A DNA stretch of 64,000 nt, taken from a virus. A program made the translations under genes and the position numbers. Positions 28,332 to 38,900 of this stretch are shown piece by piece. The notes beneath the pieces are model-generated. The model was given only the letters and a program-made list of their open reading frames with translations. It was not told the DNA's origin and searched no databases. The stretch spans positions 35,767-99,766 of the IMG/VR virus record IMGVR_UViG_3300032235_000653. One strand, written 5' to 3'. Numbering within the stretch: position 1 is the stretch's first letter; every line of letters starts with the position of its first letter.

Positions 28332-29127
28332 AATTTTTGAATTGATCCGACAATAGATAATTCTTATCCATGATATGTAAATTTTGTCTGCTTATTACAT
28401 CTGCTCGGCTATCATACTTAACCGTTAAAAATTTATTTTTAAGATCAATTGACTCAATGTCATCTTCTATAGTTAACATTGGCCACGGTATACTTTGTTC
28501 GGGAGTAAGGGTATGTCCATTTAAAATAATATTGGCCATACTGAATGCAAAATCATTTCTATAGTTTGTTTCTCTAATAGAGAATAAACTTCTATAATAT
28601 CCATAATTTTTTTGTATGCGTCCCACTAAATCAAAAAATATTTTGGCTCTCAGAGTTTTTCGAAATAACACAACTGTGGCCCATACCATTGGCAAACTCG
28701 CAGGTCCCATTTCATCTGTATTAAGTGCTTGTGGTGTCTGCATGTTGTACATTAATCTATAATCAAAAGGTTGATCTAATAGTTTTAACAAGCTAGTGTC
28801 CAGCATCAAATAATCTGTGTCTATTAGAATAGTTTCATCATAAGGACTAAGATCAAATGCTCGATATCTGTCAAAATTTTTCCATTCGTATACTTGTTGA
28901 TCTTTAGAAAATCTAACATTGCCAGTTTTACTGTCAACGCGAATTATTTGATCATAATCAAATTTTAATTCAGCATCTATGTCGGTGACCAGAGTTATAG
29001 GAAGTCCCAATGTTTGATGGACCAATCTGCTAGTCTGATCTGCTATTTCGGTATACTTAACTTTTTGGCTGTTAAAAGCAAATACAAGTACACCTTTAGA
29101 TTTTTCTAATTTGCTTGAGCTCTTCAT
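28306..29127 (-). CDS. GT8-like glycosyltransferase (paralog of the adjacent gene)
   Basis: KGVLVFA, SPYDETILIDTD (DxD), WATVVLF, RNDFAFS, LHIMDK. Confidence 0.65.
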   Translation of the reverse strand: MKSSSKLEKSKGVLVFAFNSQKVKYTEIADQTSRLVHQTLGLPITLVTDIDAELKFDYDQIIRVDSKTGNVRFSKDQQVYEWKNFDRYRAFDLSPYDETILIDTDYLMLDTSLLKLLDQPFDYRLMYNMQTPQALNTDEMGPASLPMVWATVVLFRKTLRAKIFFDLVGRIQKNYGYYRSLFSIRETNYRNDFAFSMANIILNGHTLTPEQSIPWPMLTIEDDIESIDLKNKFLTVKYDSRADVISRQNLHIMDKNYLLSDQFKNFVERICND

Positions 29128-29413
29128 GTTGTTGATGCCATTCGTTCATTACACTTTGGTAGTGCTGTCGAGCCTTTGTTAAAAACGATTGTTTATCTAG
29201 TTTAATTGGGTTCAAATAGATATCTTCTACGTATAACACATCCTCGGGCCACGTTGCTACAAATGCCAATAACTCCGGATTTATTTTGAACAATCCGTTT
29301 TCATAGGGCATATGTAACTCTGTTAAAATACGCTCCCTTAACACTCGCTTGTTAATTTGGTAATCTGTGGATAATTTTACTTGATTTACAATTTCTTCTA
29401 CTGTTGTTGTCAT
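29096..29413 (-). CDS. hypothetical protein
   Basis: 105 aa; first gene of the cluster transcription unit. Confidence 0.7.
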   Translation of the reverse strand: MTTTVEEIVNQVKLSTDYQINKRVLRERILTELHMPYENGLFKINPELLAFVATWPEDVLYVEDIYLNPIKLDKQSFLTKARQHYQSVMNEWHQQHEELKQIRKI

Positions 29414-29425
29414 AGCGAATAAAAT

Positions 29426-29469
29426 AATAGGTATATACTATTGTAATATATACCTATTCCACTTGTCAA
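29426..29469 (-). promoter_or_regulatory. sigma70-type promoter overlapped by a perfect 12-bp inverted repeat (operator or terminator)
   Basis: TTGACA (29469-29464), 18 nt, TACAAT (29445-29440); arms AATAGGTATATA (29426-29437) and TATATACCTATT (29447-29458). Confidence 0.55.
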
Positions 29470-29486
29470 TTGATTAAATTTAGAAA

Positions 29487-30419
29487 TTACGAAATGGTCA
29501 CTGTGCCCCAAGAATTGGTTAAGTTAGTTGTTTCTGGATATACGGCTGTTAACAACATTGTTAAAGTAACATTAATAGTATCGGCTGGCTCAGTTGACCC
29601 TGTAGTAGCAGAAAATGCATTAACTGTGATAGTAAGGACGTTGCCGTTTGCAGCATAAGACCCAGTAGTACCATTGGTGGAATAGTTAACAGCAAAATAA
29701 TCGCCTGTATAGTAACTGGTGCTGTTTACTCGAAAATCTTGTGTAGGAGTAGTGCTTAACCCATAATACCCGCCTGTGGTAGTGTCTGTGACTAAGGTTC
29801 CTCCAGTACCGGTTCTGTTACCGTAAGATGTAGAATATATCGGTTTCGATGAAAAATTAGTTTGGGCTAAAGTTTGAATACTAGTCCCACGAGCTGTTCC
29901 GCCGGTATTAGTGAATGCACTATATCCCAGAGTTAGTCGGCCGCCTGCATTAAAGAAATAACGTGCCTGATCGACTGATGGGAAAGTAACAGTAAAAGTA
30001 ATAGTGCCAGTCGACGAAACATTTGCAGCGGCAGACATTGTTACAGATTTACTAAGTGAAGTTGTTGTGCCAGTAGAAGATGAACTAATTCTATTAGTGG
30101 CCGCAGTTGCAATTGCGGATGTTAATGTGGACAAATAAGATATTGTGGTTCCAGCAGTTGGAGCACTAATGCCCGATCCACTACTAGTTTGATGAATTCT
30201 AGCAGAATTTAAAGTATTAATTAAACTAGCCCAGTTAGTTGCCGCAACAGTTCCACTAATTGATACGTTGCTGACTGCGGTTTGACCGTACCCATAATTT
30301 CCTCGGCCTGTGGCCCAGACTGGATTAAGCTGAGTTCCACCGCCTTGAGTTCCTGCCGCAGCCCCGACTAAATTATTGAAATCACTTGCTTGTATTAGTC
30401 CGCCTGATGAGTACGTCAT
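29487..30419 (-). CDS. Ser/Thr/Gly-rich virion structural protein (tail fibre-associated)
   Basis: Very high S/T/G content; GYGQT and ARYFFNAGG motifs; follows the tail fibre gene. Confidence 0.65.
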   Translation of the reverse strand: MTYSSGGLIQASDFNNLVGAAAGTQGGGTQLNPVWATGRGNYGYGQTAVSNVSISGTVAATNWASLINTLNSARIHQTSSGSGISAPTAGTTISYLSTLTSAIATAATNRISSSSTGTTTSLSKSVTMSAAANVSSTGTITFTVTFPSVDQARYFFNAGGRLTLGYSAFTNTGGTARGTSIQTLAQTNFSSKPIYSTSYGNRTGTGGTLVTDTTTGGYYGLSTTPTQDFRVNSTSYYTGDYFAVNYSTNGTTGSYAANGNVLTITVNAFSATTGSTEPADTINVTLTMLLTAVYPETTNLTNSWGTVTIS

Positions 30420-30432
30420 GTTTTATTCCGTT

Positions 30433-32085
30433 TTAACTATTTAATTTTACAATGGCCATTACTGTGCCTACATCTGCATCGACTTTATTTTCTAAAGCTC
30501 TACCAATTACATTAAAGGGTGTAACTTCAGCCTTGCTAGCAGCACGAGCCATTCCTTGACCGGCACTGACCAGCCTGTCTCCTTTACGCACGGTACCAAT
30601 GACTTTAACAGGAACACGACCACTGACTGCAATAGGGGGATGAGTTTCATTGGATCCAGCTTGACTATTCATTAGATAAGCTGCTTTTGTACTTACAACT
30701 CCAAAAACTTCATCACTGAGTTCTTCATTGGCCAATGTAACTTCTTTTTCACCACCCATAGTCAATACTGTACCAGGCTGATAATACGCATCTGCTTCGA
30801 ATCGTTCCGCCAAGTCAGCATATAATGCATTAATTGCAACACCGTTAAAGAATGCCCCGTTGACATTTCCCTGTGCAAATATTGCCCCAGTTAAACTCAT
30901 TCCACCTGAAATTCGTACAGCACCTGTTACGTTACTGGTAGCAGCTTCGCCGCCAGTTACCAATAGGTACGCAGCCGTTGATACGTTTCCAGTAGCTTGA
31001 ACTCGCCCAGCAGCAACTATATTCCCAGAAGTTATCACACTGTTTGATGTAAACAGATTACCAGTTAGGCCGATGCCGCCAGTGACTCTGACGGCTCCAG
31101 TTATATTACTGGTGGCATTGTCGCCTTGGGTAGTTTGAATATACCCAGAAGTAACAAATGCACCGGTTGTACTTAAGTTTGCAATGTTCGTTACACCAGT
31201 TTGACCATTTACAGTTAATACTGGAGTCAGAGTGCCTAATACATTGGCCACAACTTGCAAGTTTCCGCTGTTTATATTGTTTACTAACTGAGTTGTGTTA
31301 CCAGTGATAGAAACTGTAAAATTGTTTCCTGTACCAACGGTTAATCCGCTGTTATTGTTTATGTTAATTGTATTGGCAAACGTAGTAGCAATATCTGTTC
31401 TAGCATAACTACTAGCAGGTTGACTACCTAAATTGTTAGCATTGGTTGCGTTGCCCACAAATGCAATATTTCCAACCACTGAAGTAGATGCTAAATTAAA
31501 TCCAGGTTTAATAGTTGTAAATCCAGTTGGACTGTCTGCTGGTGTATATTCTTGATCTCTACTAATAATACCTACTAGAGTTGTGCCAACAAACACATTG
31601 ACTGCAACGTGATCTGCTACCAATGGATTGCTGTCTGCAATTTGTCCTACGCTAACACCAGACTGACCAACGTTACTTGTAAATGCAGGTCCAATTAAAA
31701 CCCAACTTGAGCCATTATAAATATTCAACTGTTGAGAATTTGTATCCCACCATGCATTTCCTGTTTTAGATCCAGTTGGCTGTGTATTACTAGAGGTCAT
31801 TGTCCCCATTGTGCGCCATGTTGATCCAGTGTATACTTTTAAATTTCCAGCAAGATCCCACCATAACTGGCCAGTCAACGGATTAGGAATAGCTGTACTA
31901 TCTCCACCAGCAGTAGACACACTGGCGAAATTTTCCAACATGTGTACTAAGTCAGAATTCAAAAATGTTCCGTAGCCTGCATAGTTTTTACCTATCAGAG
32001 CTAAACTGGTACTAGTTTGATTAACAGTACCATCTTGAATTGTGGTTAAAAGTGTACCGTTACTTAAAGTTATTGTATAGGCCAT
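30433..32085 (-). CDS. tail fibre protein with C-terminal chaperone-like domain
   Basis: LIGKNYAGYG..LENFA, GQLWWD, TGAVR.SGG repeats, C-terminal YADLAERFEAD..YQPGTV..GRVPVKV. Confidence 0.75.
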   Translation of the reverse strand: MAYTITLSNGTLLTTIQDGTVNQTSTSLALIGKNYAGYGTFLNSDLVHMLENFASVSTAGGDSTAIPNPLTGQLWWDLAGNLKVYTGSTWRTMGTMTSSNTQPTGSKTGNAWWDTNSQQLNIYNGSSWVLIGPAFTSNVGQSGVSVGQIADSNPLVADHVAVNVFVGTTLVGIISRDQEYTPADSPTGFTTIKPGFNLASTSVVGNIAFVGNATNANNLGSQPASSYARTDIATTFANTININNNSGLTVGTGNNFTVSITGNTTQLVNNINSGNLQVVANVLGTLTPVLTVNGQTGVTNIANLSTTGAFVTSGYIQTTQGDNATSNITGAVRVTGGIGLTGNLFTSNSVITSGNIVAAGRVQATGNVSTAAYLLVTGGEAATSNVTGAVRISGGMSLTGAIFAQGNVNGAFFNGVAINALYADLAERFEADAYYQPGTVLTMGGEKEVTLANEELSDEVFGVVSTKAAYLMNSQAGSNETHPPIAVSGRVPVKVIGTVRKGDRLVSAGQGMARAASKAEVTPFNVIGRALENKVDADVGTVMAIVKLNS

Positions 32086-32106
32086 CGTTCGTGTATCCGT
32101 TTAATG

Positions 32107-32114
32107 TATTTATA
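32107..32114 (-). promoter_or_regulatory. T4-type late promoter TATAAATA
   Basis: Exact gp55 consensus ~20 nt upstream of the tail fibre ATG. TAAATA cores also precede genes at 32907-32912, 50384-50389, 50794-50799 and 56982-56987. Confidence 0.75.
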
Positions 32115-32125
32115 TTTCTTTTTAA

Positions 32126-32719
32126 TTACAAATTCGTACTCAAATTGGTTAAAGTTTGAATTCTAATAGTGTAATCGATTTGAATAAGTCTGTTAAGTGC
32201 TTTTTGCACTGGATGAAAAATTACGTGAGTTAACAGTTTTCCGCTTTCGCTGATTAACCCTAACTCGTCAAATACATAAGTTCCACTCATTGTTGCACTA
32301 TTGTCAAATGCTTGCTGTCCTGCAGGCTCTGTGTAATCTAGTAGACAACTTACAAAAATATCAGTGTAGATCAAACCTGGGGTGTGTCTTACTTCGATAT
32401 AATTTCTAGCTGGATCCGTGTTTAATGCACTGGTGTTGTCGACTATTTTACTGTAAGTTTGATTGTATAAACTAGCATTTTGTCCAAAAGTATTAGTGGG
32501 CAAATATGTAATAACACCAGTACTATCTACCGCAGTTGCTCCGTTTCCGAACGCCATGTTTTGTATATACCCAATACCTTTGTTCGCAATGCTTTGTGCT
32601 AACGCTTCACTCATATTTTCATAATGAATGGCGTTGGGTTTATCTCTGAAAATTTCGCCGGTTGCAGGATCCCAAATTTTAATGTGTCCTTGTATCATTG
32701 TATTTGTTTTATCTAGCAT
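32126..32719 (-). CDS. putative virion structural protein (baseplate/tail)
   Basis: 197 aa in the structural module; FDELGL, LLTHVIFHPVQK..NR..I.YT.RI. Confidence 0.6.
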   Translation of the reverse strand: MLDKTNTMIQGHIKIWDPATGEIFRDKPNAIHYENMSEALAQSIANKGIGYIQNMAFGNGATAVDSTGVITYLPTNTFGQNASLYNQTYSKIVDNTSALNTDPARNYIEVRHTPGLIYTDIFVSCLLDYTEPAGQQAFDNSATMSGTYVFDELGLISESGKLLTHVIFHPVQKALNRLIQIDYTIRIQTLTNLSTNL

Positions 32720-32729
32720 AAGTGATCCA

Positions 32730-32900
32730 TTAATTTCCAGTTTCTACTATTACATCACCAGACTCTGGATCTGTAATTTTTACAAAACCACGCATATAAA
32801 TTCCCGTAGATTCGTTTGGTTTTTCTGGAACAGATTTTTCAAGTTTTTGTTCCAAATCAGTGTTTGTATGGTTATTTATCATGGTCTTCTGTGTGTTCAT
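32730..32900 (-). CDS. small protein (50-56 aa, not in ORF track) resembling the N-terminus of the downstream gene
   Basis: MNTQKTMINN...PNESTGIYMRGFVKITDPESGDVIVETGN versus IQGHIKIWDPATGEIF; TAAATA upstream. Confidence 0.6.
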   Translation of the reverse strand: MNTQKTMINNHTNTDLEQKLEKSVPEKPNESTGIYMRGFVKITDPESGDVIVETGN

Positions 32901-32920
32901 TGTTAATATTTATTTGCTTT

Positions 32921-35900
32921 TTATCCTTGCAATCCTTGTTTTAAGAAACTAACTGGTAAAGTATTGGCGTTAAACAATCCTTGTCCATTTGAGGCTGTTG
33001 TATTTCCTAGCACCCCAGTAGCAATTGCCTGAGCAGAATTGCCCAAACTGTACCAAATATTGGTTTGTACATAAGCAACATTTGCCTCAAAAGTATAATA
33101 TGTAGTGAATCTTTCGTTTGTCAAAGTTGCCGAAGAGTTACTGCTGATATAAGCAGAAGTATTACTTACTACATTACTAATAGTGCCTATTAAGTTTCCA
33201 CCATTATCGTATAAATCATTGCCAACATTTAATTCGGCCAAGAATATCGTACCATTTCCGGTAACAATATTACTGCTGTTATTTGCTGTAATATTTCCCG
33301 TATATCGAACGGTAACATTAGATATGTTTGCAGCTACAAAATACGGTGTATTATTCGCAGAAATATATGCCCATTCAACTGGGATTCCTTCTGGTGCATT
33401 TGGATTTCTCTTTGTAACTTGTAATAGTGCAACTGTATCACTTAATACGCTGCTAATAGTACCTATTAACTGTTGACCAGTAAAAGTAGAACTTGTACTA
33501 GAATTTCCCAAAGTTAATTCTACTGCATTTTCGTCTCCGGTGCCAGCAAATATTTGTGTCCCTGGGGTTAACATAGTAAATGTGGTACCTACGCCTTGTA
33601 GTGTACTGCTGTAAACATTTACATTAATTGTGCCAGGGCCTTGGGATCTGGCGTACCATGTACTATTTCCTGAATCGGGTATAACTTGATTTTGACTTCC
33701 ATCTAGCACTATGTTGCCAATAAAATGATTTTTAGCCCCGGTGCCGCCAGTTCCTCTGCGAATTCTTCCCAAAGTATTAGTTGCTAGATCTTTAGAATAA
33801 TAAGTAATTCTTTCACCGTTAATATACACGACTCCGGGTTGTCCACCACTAGGAGACGGTGTCGCTAGTTTACTGGCGTCAATTACTCGAATAACTGTAT
33901 CTGTCAGATTTAAATTTGCAGCTAGTGTTGTAGTGCTTGCCCCATCTTCTCTGAGATATGTGAAATTGTCATTCATATCTTTAAAAATACGATAAGACAT
34001 CAATGGCCATGCATTTCCAGTTGGAGAATCACCTAGCTTCATCGTCGCAGTGGCAATCATTGGTGATGTATTAGATCCCGAAATAACAACGGTAGGTGTT
34101 GTATCATATCCACTGCCGTTATCAATTACCTGGAAAGATATTGCAGATCCATTTGAATCTAATATTACCTGCGCTCGTGCTTGTGTATAATAATCTCCTC
34201 CCAAGATCGTTACCCCAATTTCTTCCGGAGAATATCCACTTCCTGGATCAATAATTTGTATAGATTCAAGTATAACACCGCTAGTGGTTGACCAGTTAAT
34301 ATAATAACTATCAGTAGGATCTGTTGCTATAGTAGTAACTGTCATGTCTAACGTATCATATACTCTACCAGGAATCATTTCCTCAGGAGCATGACTTGCA
34401 TATGGTCCCACGTTGTAAATGGTCAAATTAGCTGTAGAAAATACATTTCCTGTAGTAGTCGGTGTTACTACATACCATACTTTATCGTTATAAGAAATTA
34501 AATCGCCTTTATCATAGTATGTGTTAGCTGTCCATTCAGTGAAATAACTATAAACAAAAGGCCCGCCATCGACGATGATGTCCTCTGGTTTAGTTCCTAA
34601 TGTTGTATCAGCAAAAGTGCTGGTTATCTTAGCATCTAATATAGCATCACTTAAAATAGGAATTCCGTTTTCATCAAATTCCAATGGATCAAATAAAGTG
34701 GCATCAAAACCATCAGCAGCACTGATGCCAGGCAGTGGGGGCTCAGGACCTGATCCGCCAAATCCTCCGTTATCGCTGAATGTTGGGCCTTCTACTTTTA
34801 CCCCAGGATAGTCAATGCCTGATTGCAGTAATGACAAATCTTTTCCGGGCTGACCTAGTTCAGGCTGATAATATGCTTGGATTCTGTCATTTGCATTATT
34901 AATATTATCTACCGGATATACCGTTAGATTAGTAAGAACATTCGAATCGAATGTTGGACCTGAAGTGAATGTCTGACTTACAATGTAAGCAACACCTTTG
35001 TGATCAATTATTGTACCTTGCGTGAACGTAGTGTCTGGCACCCAGTCAATGATGGTGGTAGAATATGTATATCTGTCATATACCAGAGTAGTTTTAATAT
35101 TTCTAATCAGCCCATTGACTAAATTAGCTCGGGCAATTGCTCCTGATCCATTCCCGCCGTCTATGGTAACTACTGGTGTTGTAACATAATCACTGCCGGG
35201 GTATAATAAAATTATTTTTGTTAGTACTCCGTCAGTTACTAGCGCTCGTGCTACTGCATTATTTCCGTTCCTACTACCTGTAATTGTAATAATTGGAGGT
35301 AATGTATATCCTGATCCGCCATCTATTATGTCTATAGAAGAAATACTGTAAGAATAATTAGATAGCCAGTTAGCATATTCGGGTTGCTGCAACAATCTTG
35401 CATCTTGGATAAATTCGCCGCTGGGACTTCTTGTAGTTTTTAATACACTGTCGTAAGTCGGCGGAACATCAAAATCAGATACATAACTGTTATAATTGTC
35501 GTAACCCTGATAGTCTACCACATACTCTCGAAGAGTAGTTTTGTAAGGTTTAACTTCCTCTATGTATTGTTTATAGAATTCTTGATTTTCTTTAATATAG
35601 ATTGCAGGTTGAGTTAATCCTTGTATCTTTTGTAATACATTAATAAAGCTAGTCTTAAATAACCAATCCACATACTTTTGTTCATCTAGTATATAGTTAA
35701 TGAATACAAAGAATAAATTTAAGAATTCAGGATCAAGTTGATCAATAAAAATATCATCTTTAAGAGTTTGAATAATCTGTCGTGTTTCAATTCCAGGATT
35801 TTGATCAAATCTTATAGTATCAAAATTATCTGCATCAAATCCAAGTCCAAATTCTTCTAGTGCGTAAAGATTTTTCTTAAGTTCAATAGTACCATCTTGA

Positions 35901-38900
35901 ATTCCAACAGTAGTCACAGTGTTAGGATATACTTGAATTAAGAACCATTTACCCTGACCATTATTGTTAATTTTAACAAGGTCTTGCGATCGCAGAGTTA
36001 AATCATTCAATTGAGCACTGGTTTCAATAGTATAAGTTGGTCTTACTGTCCTATCAAATCCAGGAGCATACCAATCTTTATATTGCCAGTATTCGCTGGT
36101 TGCATAGCTTTGTACTCTATTCAAATTCCATTCATTTTGTACTTGATAATAAGTATAATCATTTACGTCGAAGGTTGCTCCAGTGGTAATAGTCTGATTT
36201 ACGCTATATGTAATGGTGTTATATCTGACGATTGTGTTTGTTAAATATCGAGTATTTGGTTGCCACTCATCGATCACACCATCTTTAATATAGATAGTCC
36301 ATAAATTGTCCACTGAGCTGTCACTCTGAACTAATACCTTGTACCCCATTGGAAGAATTGCAATATTTACATAACTTAATTCTTCAAGATTATTTACAAT
36401 TAAATCATAAGCTCCAGAATTAGGTGCAGGTTCAGGCTCGCCTTGGCTTAGTCTAGTTAAATCATAGCCTTGACTAATGACATTTAAATCAAAAATAGAA
36501 TTAACATACAGAACCATTTCTCGAATAGCTTCATTCCTATTAATGAACATACTTTGTCGAGGTCTGATATCAATGCCATATCTGTTTTGTACTGCAAGAG
36601 TTGGATCTGGGACTGGATTACCAAATCTATCAATTCCGCTGGCACTATCTAATAATTTGTTGTATATATTATCTGGAATATTTTCAGACTTATTATTAGT
36701 GGCCGATAACAATGCATATTCGTTGTGTATAATATTACTGTTTAACAGTGTTGCATAGTCTAAATGAAATATAATATCTCTGCCCACCGTTTCATTGACC
36801 ATATTGAACAAAGCAACAGAGTCATCTTTTATTGCAGCAAAATATTTTACTCCGCTATTTTTAGGAGATTCGATGTAACTGGCTACTGTTGTCGTAGGAA
36901 TAGTTCTTCCAAATTGATTAATATTTACAGTAGTTTTATTTTTTACCCAGAAATAATATTTTACAGTGGCAAAATTTGTGTTAGGATCTATATAATTCAA
37001 TGTTACATAAGCACCATTGCCAGTGTACTTAGGCTCACCGTCACCACCGTTTGCAACATACTGACTAGGAGGATATAAACTTTCTACCCACTCGTAAACA
37101 TCTATGCTGCTACCTGGAAATGTTCTTCCCCAGTTTGCGGTTCTATACTTGATACTTCCTTGTTCGTAATCTATATATTTTACAGTACTTAAATCCCACC
37201 ATAGCTGACCTACTTGCTGATCGGTCCAATATAAATTGTTGTTAACACTTACATTGTCGACACTAGCGTTATTATAGATTGCAGGATCATAATCAATTTT
37301 ATAAGTAAGTTCTTGCTCAGCAAGGCCTAAAATTTTACCTTTTGCTGGATCAATATAATCCAGATTATATTGCACTGTTTGAGTTAGTGCATTATAAGTG
37401 TACGCTTTAATAATCCCGTTAATCTCTATTTTAGGCTCCTGGCTTCTAAATACATCCCAGCCTAATAAGTTTGTTGGATTAGAAAATTTGTAAACTCTAC
37501 CGCCATTAAACGCTAACTGTTTACTGTTCTTGGAACCAACAATTAATTCATACGTACTAATAGATATAGAGCTTCCAAAACTATCATTTGTTTTTAACCC
37601 ATCATTAGTGGTAGTAGGAGTTAACTGCTGAATGAAAGCAAAAGTGCCTGGGGATTCTATTGTAGATACATTATTTGGCAAATACGAATATATCCAAACT
37701 GCGCCGCTGTCATCCACAGGCTCACTGAAGATGGTTAAGTCTCTATCAAAAGTTGTAGGACTCGGCGTATATGTTTTAGAATTATCAAAAACAGTCTCTT
37801 GTAAAGTTGCTGCAATATCACTTGCAACTACTAATATATCACTGTTATCGTTTATCTTAACAAGTTTTCCAAAGTAATCATATGATTTAGTTGAATTGTT
37901 ATAAATGATATCGACTTCAGGAAATATATCTAATCCCAAGTCTGCAATTGCAGTTCCCACACCAGGTAACACATTCAATTTGTTGAATGTAACTTCTGAA
38001 TTACTGACTAATTTTAATTTATTATTTTCAATACTTGCAGTAACACCCGGAATCTTAGGACCGATAGGTTCTCCAAGTGCATTTACATTGTTAATAGCAT
38101 TAACAACACTCGACAATGATGTGTCAGTGAATTGAACTGCATAGTTGTTAATTCTAATAGAATCCCCACTATTTACAGTGGCATTTGCTATAGTTCCTAC
38201 TAACTCTCCGTAAACTTTTCCTTGATTTAAGAAACGATAAACTGCTCCGTTATATAAATTAATCTGAGATTGATAAGGAGCTCCAGCATATAAACTACAA
38301 CTGTTTGTACATATGTCAACACTGTAGCCAAATTGTTGATCAGCGTACGGCTGTGCCGGCACTATAGTCTGAATTGGATGGAATACATTTGTTTCAATAG
38401 TTAATATTTTACTTTGACCAACTGGACTATAGAATGTTATTAAATTCAACACGGAATTGCTAACATACCAGTCTATACCGACAAATTTTTCTATATTGTC
38501 GACGTATATTCTTGTATATTGGGTAACAGGTGCAACAGCGTTGAAAGTAACAGTGAGATCATCTTGAACAATAAAATTATTAATTGATCTGTTCCACAAA
38601 TGTATTGCACCAGAATCTGTATATGTTGTAATATTACCACTGATATTAGCAGTCACATCTTCTAAAGGGGCGCCAATCATGATTTGCGATCCGTCGACCG
38701 TGGCACTTAAACTATAACCAAATTGACTACCTGAATTGCCCGAGATTGTTCCTACCAGATTGTAACCTGGGCTCTGAGAAATAATGATGGCCCCTGCAGG
38801 GGGCGGAGATGTAAATGTGATAGTCGAAGAGCTTACAGTATAATCCCTGTGCGGAACATAAGTTGCCGTCGAACCTTGAACATAAATGGTTTCTGCACTC

